Made by a program: the position numbers and the translations under genes. This document shows, piece after piece, positions 1 to 17,745 of a stretch of DNA of 64,000 nt. The notes beneath the pieces were generated by a model, which had not been told where the DNA came from, ran no database searches, and saw only the letters and a list, made by a program, of their open reading frames with translations. Position 1 is the stretch's first letter; each line of letters starts with the position of its first letter. This DNA comes from Eledone cirrhosa (lineage: Eukaryota), in assembly GCA_964016885.1 (NCBI GenBank), contig OZ024741.1, forward strand, positions 406,844,001-406,908,000, written 5' to 3'.

Positions 1-2460
1 TTCTGTGATGGTGGTAGAGGTCCGACGATGTCGATATGCACATGATGAAAACGTGCATCAGGTTGCGCGAATGTGCCAAGTGGTGTTTTGATGTGTCTGT
101 GGACTTTGGCTTTCTGGCAGGCAATGCAGCTCCTGGACCAGTGGCGCACGTCCTTGTTAATGTTAGTACACACAAAACGAGCAGAGATGAGTTTCTGTGT
201 AGCCCAGATTCCCGGGTGAGACAAGCAGTGTAAAGCAGAAAAAACTTGTCGACGATGCATCTGTGGTACGTACGGTCGTTCATGACCGGTAGAAAAGTCG
301 CACCAAATTTGTCCCGGAGAAGAAGGAATGGGAACTTGCTGAAACTTGAGGGATGGCGAATCTCGGAGCTTGATAAACTCTTCGTCAGTCTCTTGGTCAG
401 CTGCGATCTGTTGAAGGTCGATGCCTGAATGCACATGTATTGCGTTCAGCTGGATTCGGGACAGTGCGTCGGCTGCTACGTTGTGTGATCCCTTGATATG
501 CCGAATATCAGTTGAATATTGGGAGACAAAATTCAGGTGTCGGAGTTCTCTCGGTGAATGTCGATCAGGTTTGGTACGGAACGCAAAAACTAGTGGTTTA
601 TGGTCCGTGTAGATCACGAAATCCGATCCTCCGAGCATGTGCCGAAAATGTTTAACCGAAAGATAGGTTGCCAAGAGTCCGCTTAGAAAAGAAGGATAAG
701 GGTTGCCACACGCCGTCGACATGTTGTTGTATAACGCCTCTAACCCCCGTGTCTGATGTGTCCACTAGCAGCGAAAGAGGAGCGCCAGACCTGGGAAAAA
801 CGAGCATGGAAGCGTTTGCCAACATTTCCTTCAGGCGGTTAAAAGATGTTAATTCTTCTTCGTTTAGAGTGATCTCTTCGTTTTTGCGAGTCCGGTTACG
901 GAGAAGGTCCGTGAGGAGTCTGGCTGCGTCGGAACAATGAGGGATAAAACGCCTATAAAAATTCACCAGACCGAGGAATTCACGTAGTTTCCGAAGTGAT
1001 GTAGGTGCGGGAAAACTGCGGATAGCTTCTACTTTCTCGGGAAGTGGACGAATGCCGTCTTTATCGATGATGTGCCCGAGAAAGGACAGTGAAGGAACGC
1101 CGAGAAGGCACTTGCTGGGGTTGATGATGATGATACCGTACTCAGCTAAACGTTGGAAAAGGAGATCTAAGTGCTTCTCGTGTTCATGCTCGGAAGTACT
1201 TGCTACCAGCACGTCATCAATATACGCGTATACGAAGGGTAGATCGCGTAACACCGTGTCAATAAACCGCTGAAAAGTTTGTGCAGCGTTGCGCAGACCG
1301 AACGGCATTCGCAGGAATTCGAATAAACCGAACGGTGTTGTGATTGCGGTCTTCGGAATGTGTGCAGGCTCCATAAGTATCTGGTTATATGCACGCATCA
1401 AATCTACCTTGGAAAAGATGCGTGCGTCTTGCAGAGAGGCGGAAAAATCGTGCAGGTGAGTTACAGGGTAATTATCGGGCACTGTAGAATTGTTAAGTGC
1501 ACGATAATCCCCACATGGTCGCCAATCATTCTCGTTTTTTTTGGAACAAGGTGTAGGGGTGCAGACCAGTTGATGGAGGAAGGGCGAATGATTCCGAGGT
1601 CCAGCATGTGTTGGAACTCCTGCTTGGCGATTCTCAATCGGTCTGGAGGCAGTCTCCTTGGTCGGGCAGCTGTGGGTGGTCCCCTTGTCTCGATGTGGTG
1701 CGTGACACTATGCTTAATGGGACCATCCTTAAATACTGGGAGAGTGATGTCTGGGTATTTCTGGAGAATGCCGTTGTACCGCGAAGGCTCTGACTGGCAA
1801 ATTACAGGGCTCACTGTGGATTGCGTGGTAAATATACCTCTCACAGTGAGGTTTGTGGTGGTGTCAATAAGCCTCCGGTTCTTCATATCCATCAGAAGGT
1901 TGAAGTGGTGTAGAAAATCGGCTCCTAGGATAGGGGTCGGCAGGTCTGCCACGACGAACACCCATTGAAAACGCCGCCTCAGGCCTAAATTGAGGGTCAG
2001 GGATTTTTCCCCGAAAGTCGGAATTGTCGATCGGTTCACTGCCTGCAGAAAGGACGGTGTTGGATGTCTTTTGCCCGAGATTAGTGAAACAGGAATAACA
2101 CTAACCTGGGCTCCTGTATCCACGAGGTAACGGATGCATGTCGCTTGGTCGTTAATAAAAAATAGACGACTTTTCTTTTCAGTACCAGGTGTGAACGTCG
2201 TCGCTAGGCCCTGGGTGGTATTCCGGAAAGAGCACGGGGCTTTGCACTTAGATGCCTGTGCGCCGAAATTTGTATGATACCAGCAGAGGTTGCCAGACAC
2301 ACGATTTTGACTGGGACTACTGGATCTTCGACTGTGAAAAGGCCTGGATCGATTGTTGCTGCGTCGCCGGTGTGTTTGTAAGATCAGGTTCTCTACTTGA
2401 TTTGAGAGGGCTTTAATTTGACCAGCCCGCTCTCTGAAATCTCGGCCTCTGTCGTTGGTT
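1..2460 (-). pseudogene. pol: Ty3/Gypsy gag-pol remnant (gag C-terminus, protease, RT, partial RNase H, integrase start); frameshifted and deleted
   Basis: ORF 1461-2300 has protease motif YLVDTGAQVS. ORF 652-1482 has RT motifs [17 protein letters not shown] and YIDD. Minus strand near 590-650 reads YTDHKPL. Positions 1-240 read H..SHPG..C..C then HIDIVGPLP (integrase). Confidence 0.93.
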
Positions 2461-2513
2461 GCGACATGTCCATGTTGGTATCTTCTTAGGTGCTGTCTGG
2501 TTGCGAGTTCGAC

Positions 2514-2530
2514 TCACGTCCGGCTCACCA
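2514..2530 (-). promoter_or_regulatory. Primer binding site, tRNA-Trp-like
   Basis: Minus strand TGGTGAGCCGGACGTGA lies 2 nt after the LTR end ...GCTACA and resembles the tRNA-Trp PBS TGGTGACCCCGACGTGA. Confidence 0.75.
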
Positions 2531-2532
2531 AT

Positions 2533-2960
2533 TGTAGCGACGTGGTTAGTCAGTCTGGTCACTACTTCTGATCAGATCCGAGAATAGCCCTTAGAAGGAC
2601 TGTTATCGCATACGGTCTGATCAGATCTGAAGATAGCCCTTAAAAGGACTGTTGTCGCATATAGCCCTTAAAAGAACTGTTGAGGATGGACAGACGAAAG
2701 CACAAGTTGAAAGGACGGAGCAAGGCGAGATGTAAATTCGATCAGCTATTTATTTTCACATGAAGCGACGATACGAGGTACAAGGCGTATGTGAGTGACA
2801 AAGCGTGGCAGAGGCGAGGAACAACGATACGCGGGTTGAGTCTGCCAAATGTCGACTGGGGAAGTGTTTGGAACCACTCTATTTATACAGAAATAATCGG
2901 TTGATGTTTAGCCGCTCTGTAGGCGTTTATTCTGGTAGGTTTTAAGGGTTCTTTTGTTTC
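2533..2960 (-). mobile_element. Gypsy 5' LTR, truncated at its outer end by a SINE
   Basis: Ends in TACA next to the PBS. Minus strand has AATAAA near 2750 and TATAAAT near 2885. Short internal tandem repeats at 2565-2680. Confidence 0.7.
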
Positions 2961-2961
2961 A

Positions 2962-3065
2962 CGCCGAGGTTAACTTTGCCTTTCATCCTTACGGGGTCGA
3001 TAAAATAAAGTACCAGTAATACACTGAGGTAATTGCTGGCCTTGTGCCAAAAGTAGAAACAATTA
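2962..3065 (+). mobile_element. SINE 3' fragment (same family as 41896-42086)
   Basis: gccgaggttaactttgcctttcatccttacggggtcgataaaataaagtaccagt recurs at ~41985 and ~46085 and runs into a TA tract. Confidence 0.8.
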
Positions 3066-3905
3066 TATATATATATATATATTATATATATATACATTAT
3101 ATATATATATATTTTATATATATATGTATATATATATCATGTGTATATATATGTGTATTTTATATGTGTATATATGTGTATTTTATATATATGTATGTAA
3201 ATGTATGTATATATTTTATATATATGTGCATGTGTATTTTATATATGTATATGTATCTATGTTTTATGTGTATATTTATTGTGTGTATGTGTGTATTTTA
3301 TGTATATATATATTTTTTATATTTTTGTATGTATATATTTTATATATATGTATGTTCTGTGTATATATATATATAAATTATATATATATATATATATATA
3401 CTTGTGCGTACATGCATGCATACATATATATATATACACACCTGTATGGATTTGTGAGTGTTTGAGGGGGTAGGTGTGAGTGTATGTACAAGTCAACCAG
3501 CATAAACCTTTTATTTCTAAATTTTCTAAACTATCTAAGTATTGGACTCTAGCCATTATATTAAGTATTACCACCCCACATTTTGTATGTGTGGTTGTGT
3601 ATGTGTGTCTGCGGAGGTAGGTGTGAGTGTACGTGCAAGCCAACCTACATAAGTCTTTTTATTTGTAAATTTTCTACTCTAACCATAAATTTCAGTAGCA
3701 CCACTCCACATAAATTCCTCAATTTAAGAATGACCTGTAGTATCTATTTCATACTATTAACCTTAATTGAATATATATCTGACCAGGAATGCTTTTTGTG
3801 AAAATCAGTCATATGGAACTATTGTCATCTTGCCTGACGGTTTGAACTTTACAAAACCACCTGCCTCTTTGAGGTCAAATACCACCCTACTACCATCTAC
3901 AAACT

Positions 3906-6021
3906 TGTAGCAGTTGCCTCCCTTGTTGTGACACTCACAACCCCAATAGATTAACACCATCTAGACAGGAAATAGAACCCTTTCTGTAACTTCCGGTCAG
4001 AACCCTATAAAACTAACAACTTTAAGTTCTCGCTCTCTCATTTGCCCTTCCGGCGCCTGGCCTTCGCCAGGCGTCTTCTGCCAGCCGCGTTTGCCTGGCA
4101 ATCAAAACGGTAACTACTAACTTTGCTTCATTCTTTCGTTTATTCATTGACATGTCAACTATACTGTTAAATTGTTGATTAAATATTATACACACAAACC
4201 AAGTCTCCTTGTTACATTCATACAACCCAGTTCACCGCTATATTGGTAACCCTGACGTGATACGAACACGCAGCCGTTCATTGTTATAAGTGGTCACCCC
4301 GAAAAAAAAAAAAAAAATAGCAGAATCTGGTGTTGTGTGAGTAACATTACGAATACACAGCAAATTTATTGACAAACTATGAAAATACTCAGTCAAAGAA
4401 ACGCACACACGCACATGTGAAACTTTCGTGCAGACACTCTTTTTCCCTCACGCATCCACTAACTGTCACAGTTTGCTGTATATATATATATGTTTCTCCA
4501 AGAAACGAACACACCACGCACATGTGAAATTCGCGTTCAGACAGACTTTTTCTCTCACGCATCAACTAACTGTCGCATTTCACGATATATATATATGTTT
4601 CTCGTTTCTTACAACGAACACTTTCAAAACAAAAAAACAAAAATTTGATATTTTTTTTTTTTAAACATTTCAACAGGAACATTTATTTTCGATAAACCAT
4701 TGCCTTTTTTTTCATCGTTTTCTTCATCGTTCAAGTTTTTTTGTTTTTTTTTTAAAAGTTCACACCAATAATTATGCTAAGTGAAGCCTTTCCTTTTCAT
4801 CATTGTCACTTTCACACACACATTTTTTCAAAATGGCTGCCAACGACCCGTTGCACTATCATTTTCTCGCGCATTAGAAATATTATTTTTTCAACCTAAC
4901 TTAACCTTGTATTGGCACGTGTAGGCAGCACAAATTCTCGACTCACAGAGATAGCCGCACGCCAGAGATAACGTTTCTCGCCAAGGATTCTTCAGCCTTA
5001 AGCTATATTCTTCTATTTGCCGGTTTAAAAATTTACCACATAAATTTGCCGTTGAAAACTGCGCATTTATTCAGAATGCTTATTTCTTTGGTCGCTGGCC
5101 TCTTGACCCTTCCAGGTCAACGCATTCTCAACATCGACCATCAACTTCGGCTGTTATTTCTAGCACTTTGCGCAACTCATTTTTTCTGAAAAAAATTTTT
5201 TTACTGTGAATTTAAACACCGAATACGCTCACTCCGCGAGACAACAACATCAACAGCAACACAGCTTCACCAACAACCAAAACCAGCAGAACAAGACAGA
5301 GAATTTATTTTTGCAGCACTCTTCCTGTGAGAAAATCCATTCGGAGGTTGGAAATTTCACGATATACCACAGAACAGAAACCACCTGCATTCATTCTCTG
5401 GAACACACTTTCTTTCCTGCTGTCATGTGATTGCACACCTGTGAACTATATTTTGTACATTTGAACTTTGAGCTCTTCTCTTACTTTATTACATTGTATC
5501 TTTGGGTGATGGATAGATAGATGTCCAGTCGTTCTCTGGCCAAGAGCAGTTGGCTACCTTGACATCTATCATTGATTTTTGCAAACATTCTTTTGTCGTA
5601 ATTTTCCTGCCTGTTACAACATTCTCGCCAACTTGCTACATATTTCATTCGATTTTTATATTCTAAAATTCTGGCGAGAGGTTATGTAGCAGTTGCCTCC
5701 CTTGTTGTGACAGTCACAACCCCAATAGATTAACACCATCTAGACAGGAAGTAGAACCCTTTCTGTAACTTCCGGTCAGAACCCTATAAAACTAACAACT
5801 TTAAGTTCTCACTCTCTCATTTGCCCTTCCGGCGCCTGGCCTTCGCCAGGCGTCTTCTGCCAGCCGCGTTTGCCTGGCAATCAAAACGGTAACTACTAAC
5901 TTTGCTTCATTCTTTCGTTTATTCATTGACATGTCAACTTTACTGTTAAATTGTTGATTAAATATTATACACACAAACCATGTCTCCTTGTTACATTCAT
6001 ACAACCCAGTTCACTGCTATA
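3906..6021 (+). mobile_element. Non-autonomous LTR retrotransposon (TRIM/LARD-like), 2116 bp
   Basis: LTRs at 3906-4242 and 5685-6021 (337 bp each, about 6 differences), termini TGTAGC...GCTATA. AACT TSD at 3902-3905 and 6022-6025. PBS TGGTAACCCTGACGTGAT at 4244-4261. Purine-rich GGCGAGAGG precedes the 3' LTR. No pol ORF. Confidence 0.92.
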
Positions 6022-6145
6022 AACTGACCAATGAGAATCAAGACTATTCCTGCTGACATTAAATTATTCCTAACAAGCTCATATGTCCCAAGGCTCTGAT
6101 ACCATCAACACTATAAACACAGAGCTGACATATCTAAGAATTGAC

Positions 6146-6205
6146 TAACTGCCTGATGAGGTCATAGCCATTCAATGGCTATCATCGAAATATATATAGC
6201 AGTAA
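6146..6205 (+). ncRNA. Minimal hammerhead ribozyme in a PLE-type 3' end that was split by the LTR insertion
   Basis: actgc-CTGATGA-ggtc[atagccat tca atggctat]catc-GAAA-tatata-TA-gcagt; stem I is actgc/gcagt. Confidence 0.8.
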
Positions 6206-6244
6206 GTAAAGGATTATGAGTTCATGCAATTGACTTATGTTTCG

Positions 6245-6312
<68 letters not shown>

Positions 6313-6316
<4 letters not shown>

Positions 6317-6845
6317 AAAGAATAGAGGTGTAACACACAAGTTATTATATATTGGTAAACGGAATAGAAAATGCTGACAAATTGTTCACAGTTGAAAAAT
6401 GGTTTAATTAGGAATAAAAGAATATTAGTGATTGTATGGGTTAGTATTCAGTTGTGGTTTTAAGTTTTTAAGTTTTTACCGGTTGCGCATTTCTAAATGC
6501 TTTTCAAAAATAATTTTGAGATAGAGTGTCCGTGCTGTTTGCTCTGATCTGATTAGTTTTGGGAATTCTACCTGTTTTTATGTTAAAAAAGTGGCTCCAG
6601 CGTTATTTTTGTGTTGCAAAAATGCTTGTGGTCAAAACAATTTTGATTGGTCGGTAGAGGTCATGTGAATGTAAAAAGTTGATTTTGCGCCAAGACTGTT
6701 TTTATGTTAAAAAAGTGGCTCCAGCAAAAATTCTTGGTCAAAACAATTTTGATTGGTCGGTAGAGGTCATGTGGATAAAAAATTGGTTTTGCGCCAAGAT
6801 TGAGAAATGACTCTTTCACAACAAATATGTGTGTGTGTGTGTGTA

Positions 6846-6900
<55 letters not shown>

Positions 6901-6971
6901 AGTAGTAGTAGTAAGGTGTTCGATGCTGCGACAATGGCCAGCAGCGATGTGTGTCAAATGGCTATTAAGAT

Positions 6972-7041
<70 letters not shown>

Positions 7042-7139
7042 CAGAGTAATTCGATGGTCAGTAAGAATGTGTCTGAAAGCAATGGGGGGTATTTTAGCAT
7101 GTCAAAAGATATTTTTCAGCTTTTGTCTTATACGGAGAA

Positions 7140-7186
<47 letters not shown>

Positions 7187-9694
7187 AGTCTCTTTGTATG
7201 TTGATGTACGCGTGTGTATGTGTTTGTGTATATATATGTGTGTGGGGGGGGGGGACCAGTATTTTTTTCCCCCTGGTAAAATGGTGTACATTATTCGATT
7301 TTTTCAGTAAAATCGGTTCTCTTAATAGAACATCAAAAATCTTAACAATAAAAGGTGTGAAATGATATTCACTATATATATATACACATACATATATTCA
7401 CTACATATATATATATATATACATATATACATACATATATATGCACATATATTTTTTTGTATTGCACCATAGAGCATGTGTGTTTACGTGTGTCATTGTG
7501 TTTATATGTGGGTAGAGATGTGTGCTGATGTAGGTATGTATGTTGACGTGTGTATGTTGTGGGTTCGTCTTAGGGAGAAGTGTTTAGACGGGGTCCGTAT
7601 TTGTTAATGAAGTAAGATTCCTTGCTGATGCGCTGGGTGTGGGTGGCATTATCTTTAAATTTGTAGAGAGGAAAGATTCTGAAGTTGGGATGATTTTGGG
7701 CGGCACAGGTATCAATGTGTTCACTCAGTGGTATTTTCCTGTATTCCCGTATTTTAATTTGGGATCTATGGACAGTCATGCGTTGGCGGAGGCTGTTTTT
7801 GGTCTGGCCTATGTATTGTTCTCGACAACCTGAACAAGTTAATACATATATTTGATTTTCCGATGCACATGTAAAATTGTGTTTTACTATAAAACGTTGT
7901 CCATCTTTGAAATAGAATTCCGAACCCTCTATTAGGTTGATGCAAATGCCACAGTTGGGTCTATCGCATTTTTTTACTGTGGGTTTCGTTGTTGTGGTTG
8001 GCAGTACTTTGGCATGTGTTAAGATGTTTTTCATTGACTTGGATTGTCTTTTGCTCTTTATGATATCGTGTGTTCGTAGAATTTGGTTCATTCTATGGTC
8101 CTTTTTCAATACAGGGATGTTCTGGAGGATGGTGTCAAAGGCCTCATTGTTGAGGGGGTTGTGTGTGGAGATGTATGGAAGAGCTTTTAGTTTTGGTTGA
8201 TTTACTTTAGGGTGTCTAAGGTCCTGGGTACTGAGTTTTAGGGCACGTTGGATTCCATTGTCAATTAGTGATGCAGGGTAGTCCCTGCCTATGAGTGTGT
8301 CCTTTAGTTCTTGTAGCCGTAAGTAGCAGATGTTTTTATTGGAGACTTTAGTACAGATTCTCTTGGATAAGTTGTAGGGAATATTAATTTTAACGTGTCT
8401 AGGGTGGCAAGAGTTGAAGGGGAGATATTGCTTGGAGTCTGTGGGCTTGTAGTATATGTCTGTTTCTATTTTTTTGTTATGGATCTTAATGAGGATGTCG
8501 AGGAAGGGGAGTTGTTGATGGCTGTATTCCATCGTGAAGTTAATATTTGTGTTGAGCCCATTTATAAGGGTGTGAAATTATTTAAGTTTTTCGATGTTTT
8601 CGTGCCAAAGGATGAAGCAGTCATCTAGATATCGCTTCCAGTTCCTTTCAATGTGTAAGTGGAGGGTGTTTCCAAATTTGTTTAGGACTTTAGTGTAGAG
8701 GGTGATTTCCAGGTATCCCATGACTAGGTTGGCATAAGTAGGGGCTGTTTTCGTTCCCATAGCGGTCCCAGATTTCTGCCTGTAGGGTTTGTTATTGAAA
8801 ACGAAGTAATTGTTCTCCAAGATAAATTTGAGTCCCTCTATCACGAATTCTTTTTTGATGCGTTGTGGAAGTTCATTGTGGAAATTATCCAGCCAGAATT
8901 GGATAGCTTCTATTCCTAGGTTGTGGGGGATGTTGGAGTATAGGTTGACTACATCGAACGTCACTAGTAGGGTTTGTTCAGAAAGTGGCATATTAGGGAG
9001 GTGATTGAGCATATCTAGGTCGTCCCTTATATAGCTTTTGATGTGCTTGAGGAAGGGTTTGAGAAGGGTATCAATGAAGTTGTTAAGACGGTGCGTTTCG
9101 CAAGCAGGGCCTGCTATTATAGGTCTTAATTTGAGATCATTGGGTGAGGGGACATTGATGACTATGTCTGTGGCTTCCTTGCATGCCTTACTGATTGATT
9201 CGCTTTTATGTACTTTAGGGATACCGTAGAAAAGGCTGGATTTACTTGTGAAGTCTGTGATGAAGCTGAATTCCTTGTTAGTGAGTCCTTCTTTGTATTG
9301 GTTGATTAGAGTTTTTAGGTTTCTCATAATTTTCTGTTGATTGTAGTGTTCAGCCTTTTCGTAGTATGTTTCGTTTTCCAAAGTGGAGAGCGCTAAGTGG
9401 AGCGCAAAATTGTTTTGACCACAAGCATTTTTGCAACACAAAAATAACGCTGGAGCCACTTTTTTAACATAAAAACAGGTAGAATTCCCAAAACTAATCA
9501 GATCAGAGCAAACAGCACGGACACTCTATCTCAAAATTATTTTCGAAAAGCATTTAGAAATGCGCAACCGGTAAAAACTTAAAAACTTAAAACCACAACT
9601 GAATACTAACCCATACAATCACTAATACTCTTTTATTCCTAATTAAACCATTTTTCAACTGTGAACAATTTGTCAGCATTTTCTATTCCGTTTA

Positions 9695-9698
<4 letters not shown>
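6313..9698 (-). mobile_element. Penelope-like element, 5'-truncated, with an inverted pLTR copy at the 5' end
   Basis: RT ORF 8578-~9400 (LRPIIAG, FDVVNLY, GTAMG, RYLDD) is frameshifted into 7570-8532 (thumb, C..C..C..C, IYVLTC..YIGQT GIY-YIG). 6351-6645 is the reverse complement of 9406-9698. Confidence 0.92.
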
Positions 9699-9767
<69 letters not shown>

Positions 9768-9769
<2 letters not shown>

Positions 9770-12040
9770 CAGGCTTGGAAAGTATGACGGGATGGAGGAA
9801 GTAGAGAGGACTATCAAGTGGCCAGGAGGGAAGCTAGGAGACAAGTGTACTTCGCAAGAAGGAAAGCAGGGGAAAGAAAGTTCAAGCATGTTCTACAACG
9901 CGAGGACCAAAAACGTGAGGTGTTCAGGATTGCTAGGCAATGTGTCAAGGAAAACCGTGATATTGTCGAGAAGTGTGTCCTTAATGATGAGGGTGTACTT
10001 GCCATCACTGACGCTGATAAGAAGGTAGCTTGGAAGTGTCACTACGAAAGGCTACTAAATGAGGAGAATAAATGGAAGAAAGACAGTCTCCCCCACATCG
10101 ATCCAATAGAGGGACCAGCAGTGCAAGTTGAAGGTAGTATAATAAGTAAGGCAATCAAAGATATGAAGACGGGTAAGGCGGCTGGGCCTTCGGAAATAGT
10201 TGCTGAAATGCTGAAAGCATCCTGAACGGTGGGACACACTATGGTCACCCGGATAGTAAACCAAGTCATACAGAATGGGGCCGTTCCGAAGGACTGGCGT
10301 AGCAGCATCATCATTAACTGCTACAAGGGTAAAGGAGATGCCCTAGATAGGGGTAACTATAGAGGCATTAAATTAATCGACCAGTTCATGAAGGTCACAG
10401 AAAAAGTAATATCGCAACTAATCAGAGAACGAATTGATCTAGATGAAATGCAGTTTGGGTTTGTGTCAGGTAAAAGTACCACAGACGCTCTTTTCATTGT
10501 ACGACAACTACAGGAGAAGTACCTAGCTAAAAGTAAACCCCTATACTTATCTTTTGTTGACTAGGAGAAAGCCTTTGACAGAGTCCCCCGCTCTATTATC
10601 TGGTGGGCTCTTAGAAAACTAGGTGTTGATGAATGGCTTGTGAGAGCTATACAAGCCATGTATAAAGAAACAGTCAGCAAGGTTAGAATTAACAACGAAT
10701 ATAGTGAAGAGTTTAGTGTAAAAGTTGGTGTTCATCAGGGCTCCGATCTTATCCCCCTACTATTTATTATTGCCCTTCAGGCTATAACAGAGGAGTTCAA
10801 GACCGGCTGCCCATGGGAACTCCTATACGCAGATGATCTAACGCTCATAGCTGAATCAATGGCTGAACTAGAGAAGAAATTCCAAACATCGAAGCATGGT
10901 CTAGAATCAAAAGGCCTTAAAATTAACCTGTCTAAGACTAAAGTTCTAGTTTATAGGAAGGAAAATAGGGCATCGGTCCCATCTGGGAAATGGCCATGCT
11001 CAGTGTGTAGGAAAGGAGTAGGCAGAAACTCCATTTTATGTACCAAATGCAAAGTATGGGTGCATAAAAGATGTAGTGAAATCACAGGTAAGCTAACTAA
11101 GAATATAGATTTTATATGTGGCCGGTGCTCAGGTGCAATAAGTAGCAGCAAGTGCCCACAGAATACTAGCTCATTCCATTGCACAGATGGTTCTATAGAA
11201 ATAGTGGACACCTTCCGTTACCTGGGTGACAAAATCAGCACTGGTGGAGGGTGCTCTGAAAGTACAGTAGCTAGAGTCAGAACGGGATGGAAAAAGTTCA
11301 GAGAGCTTATACCACTATTGGCCGCTAAAGGGTTCTCTCTAAAAATGAAAGGCAGGCTGTATGATGCCTGCATAGGAACAGCAATGTTACATGGCAGTGA
11401 GACTTGGGCATTGTGTGCAGAGGATATACGCAAACTGGAGCGGAACAAAGCTTGCATGCTCCGCTGGGTGTGTAATAGTAATATACGTGAACGGCAAAGC
11501 ATAAACGAACTAAGGGAGAAATTAGGAATAAGAGGGATCAGATGTTGTTTACTCGAGAGAATACTACTTGGTACGGTCACGTGATGCGCATGAAAGACGA
11601 CAGCTGTATAAAAAAGTGCAGGGCGATAAAAATAGCCACGCAGTAGGCAGACCCGGAAAAACCTGGGACGACTTGATAAATTCCAACCTCACACACTTAC
11701 ACCTCTCCAAGACAATGTCACTGGACCGAGATCTTTGGCGCTACTCAGTAACACAGAAGACCCACCTTGCCTAAGTACAAAGCGAAACCTACAGCCAGTA
11801 GGCACCTCTAACAAAAATACACCCCGTCCCACTACCCCCCACCCCACCCACACCACCCCTTTCAATGTAAAGTTATGTTGGTACCACAACATCCAGTCCG
11901 AAATAAATGAGATCGTGTAGGTGTCACGACAAAAAAACACACAGTCCACGCTGTAATGTGGCCGTGTAGGTAACATGGTAAAAACCTCCCAGTCCACACT
12001 GTAAACGTGGTTGGTGTTAGGAATGGTATCCAGCCGTAGA
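9768..12040 (+). mobile_element. RTE-group LINE ORF2 fragment (RT with a PHD-like Cys/His insert) plus partial 3' UTR
   Basis: KAAGP, YRGIKL, QFGF..GKST, D*EKAFD, VHQG and YADD motifs; CSVC..C..C..H..C..C..C insert; in-frame stops. Confidence 0.92.
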
Positions 12041-12793
12041 CTCAGAGAGGTCATTTACAATCATTTCAGCTCTAGGAATCGCTTCTGAGCAGTATAAATT
12101 AATATTTGATGAACATTTACATGTTATAGTTACAATTGACTAATAAGATCGCTAGAGTGAAAAATCTTAATTCAACAACATAAGGTCTGCCTGTACGATC
12201 TGAGTCTAAACTCTAAGCTATTTATCACTGCTCCCCCAGGTGAGCTGAATTTTGTAATCCCATACAAACGGCTGTTATTTCTAGCACTATGTGTGGGACG
12301 TTAGAGGACTGGAATAAGCCGTGTGCAAAACCTCGTGTATTTTCGCTACGCTAACCAGACCTTAGATATTTTTCTGAGGTTGAGTTATTTTATTTTTATC
12401 TGGGTACCTATTGATAAACACAGAAAAAGTTGATTAACTCACTGCTAATTAGTTAATTATTTTACTATTATACCATCCTTTGTGAAACATGTTTGAAGTT
12501 TGAAGTTCTGACCGATCTGCGGAAAAAGTTTGTATTTTGAATTTTAAACGTGTCTAGGTACCAAGGCTTTTTGCCCATATGAGTCTGTGAGTATTGATTT
12601 ATTATTTTTTAGATCGTACAGGCAGACCTTATGTTGTTGAATTAAGATTTTTCACTCTAGCGATCTTATTAGTCAATTGCAACTATAACATGTAAATGTT
12701 CATCAAATATTAATTTATACTGCTCAGAAGCGATTCCTAGAGCTGAAATAATTGTAAATGACCTCTCTGAGTCTAAACTCTAAGCTATTTATT
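12037..12793 (+). mobile_element. ORF-less element with ~165-bp inverted arms and a duplicated tail (non-autonomous PLE-like)
   Basis: 12037-12201 is the reverse complement of 12611-12775. tgagtctaaactctaagctatttat occurs as a direct repeat at 12201 and 12768. Ends in TA tract. Confidence 0.7.
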
Positions 12794-12838
12794 ATATATA
12801 TATATATATTATATATAATATAATATATATATATATAT

Positions 12839-12944
<106 letters not shown>

Positions 12945-12975
12945 ATATATATATATATATAATATATATATATAT

Positions 12976-17312
<4,337 letters not shown>

Positions 17313-17336
17313 ATAACATACATATATATATAATAT

Positions 17337-17418
<82 letters not shown>

Positions 17419-17422
<4 letters not shown>

Positions 17423-17745
17423 TAAACGGAATAGAAAACGCTGACAAATTGTTCACAGTTGAAAAATGGTTTAATTAGGAATAAAAGAGTATTAGTGATT
17501 GTATGGGTTAGTATTCAGTTGTGGTTTTAAGTTTTTAAGTTTTTACCGGTTGCGCATTTCTAAATGCTTTTCAAAAATAATTTTGAGATAGAGTGTCCGT
17601 GCTGTTTGCTCTGATCTGATTAGTTTTGGGAATTCTACCTGTTTTTATGTTAAAAAAGTGGCTCCAATTTGCAAAAATTCTTGTGGTCAAAACAGTTGTT
17701 TTGACCACAAGAATTTTTGCAAGAATTTTTGACCACAAGAATTTT
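17419..17745 (-). mobile_element. Third copy of the pLTR of the 6313-9698 PLE
   Basis: Near-identical to 6351-6600; starts ttggtaaacggaatag directly after a TA tract. Confidence 0.88.

Noticed and set aside
2565-2680. CRISPR-like short repeats
   Set aside because: Tandem LTR sub-repeats without unique spacers in a eukaryotic context.
4022-6004. Duplicated 67-aa minus-strand ORFs
   Set aside because: They lie antisense within the two LTRs and have no recognisable motif.
9404-9459. N-terminus of the 293-aa ORF; likewise the first ~14 aa of the 823-aa ORF
   Set aside because: Read-through from the inverted pLTR, not genuine protein sequence.
6351-9698. DNA transposon or MITE interpretation of the inverted termini
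   Set aside because: The internal ORFs are RT/GIY-YIG, there is no transposase, and the arms are asymmetric copies of the 3' end.
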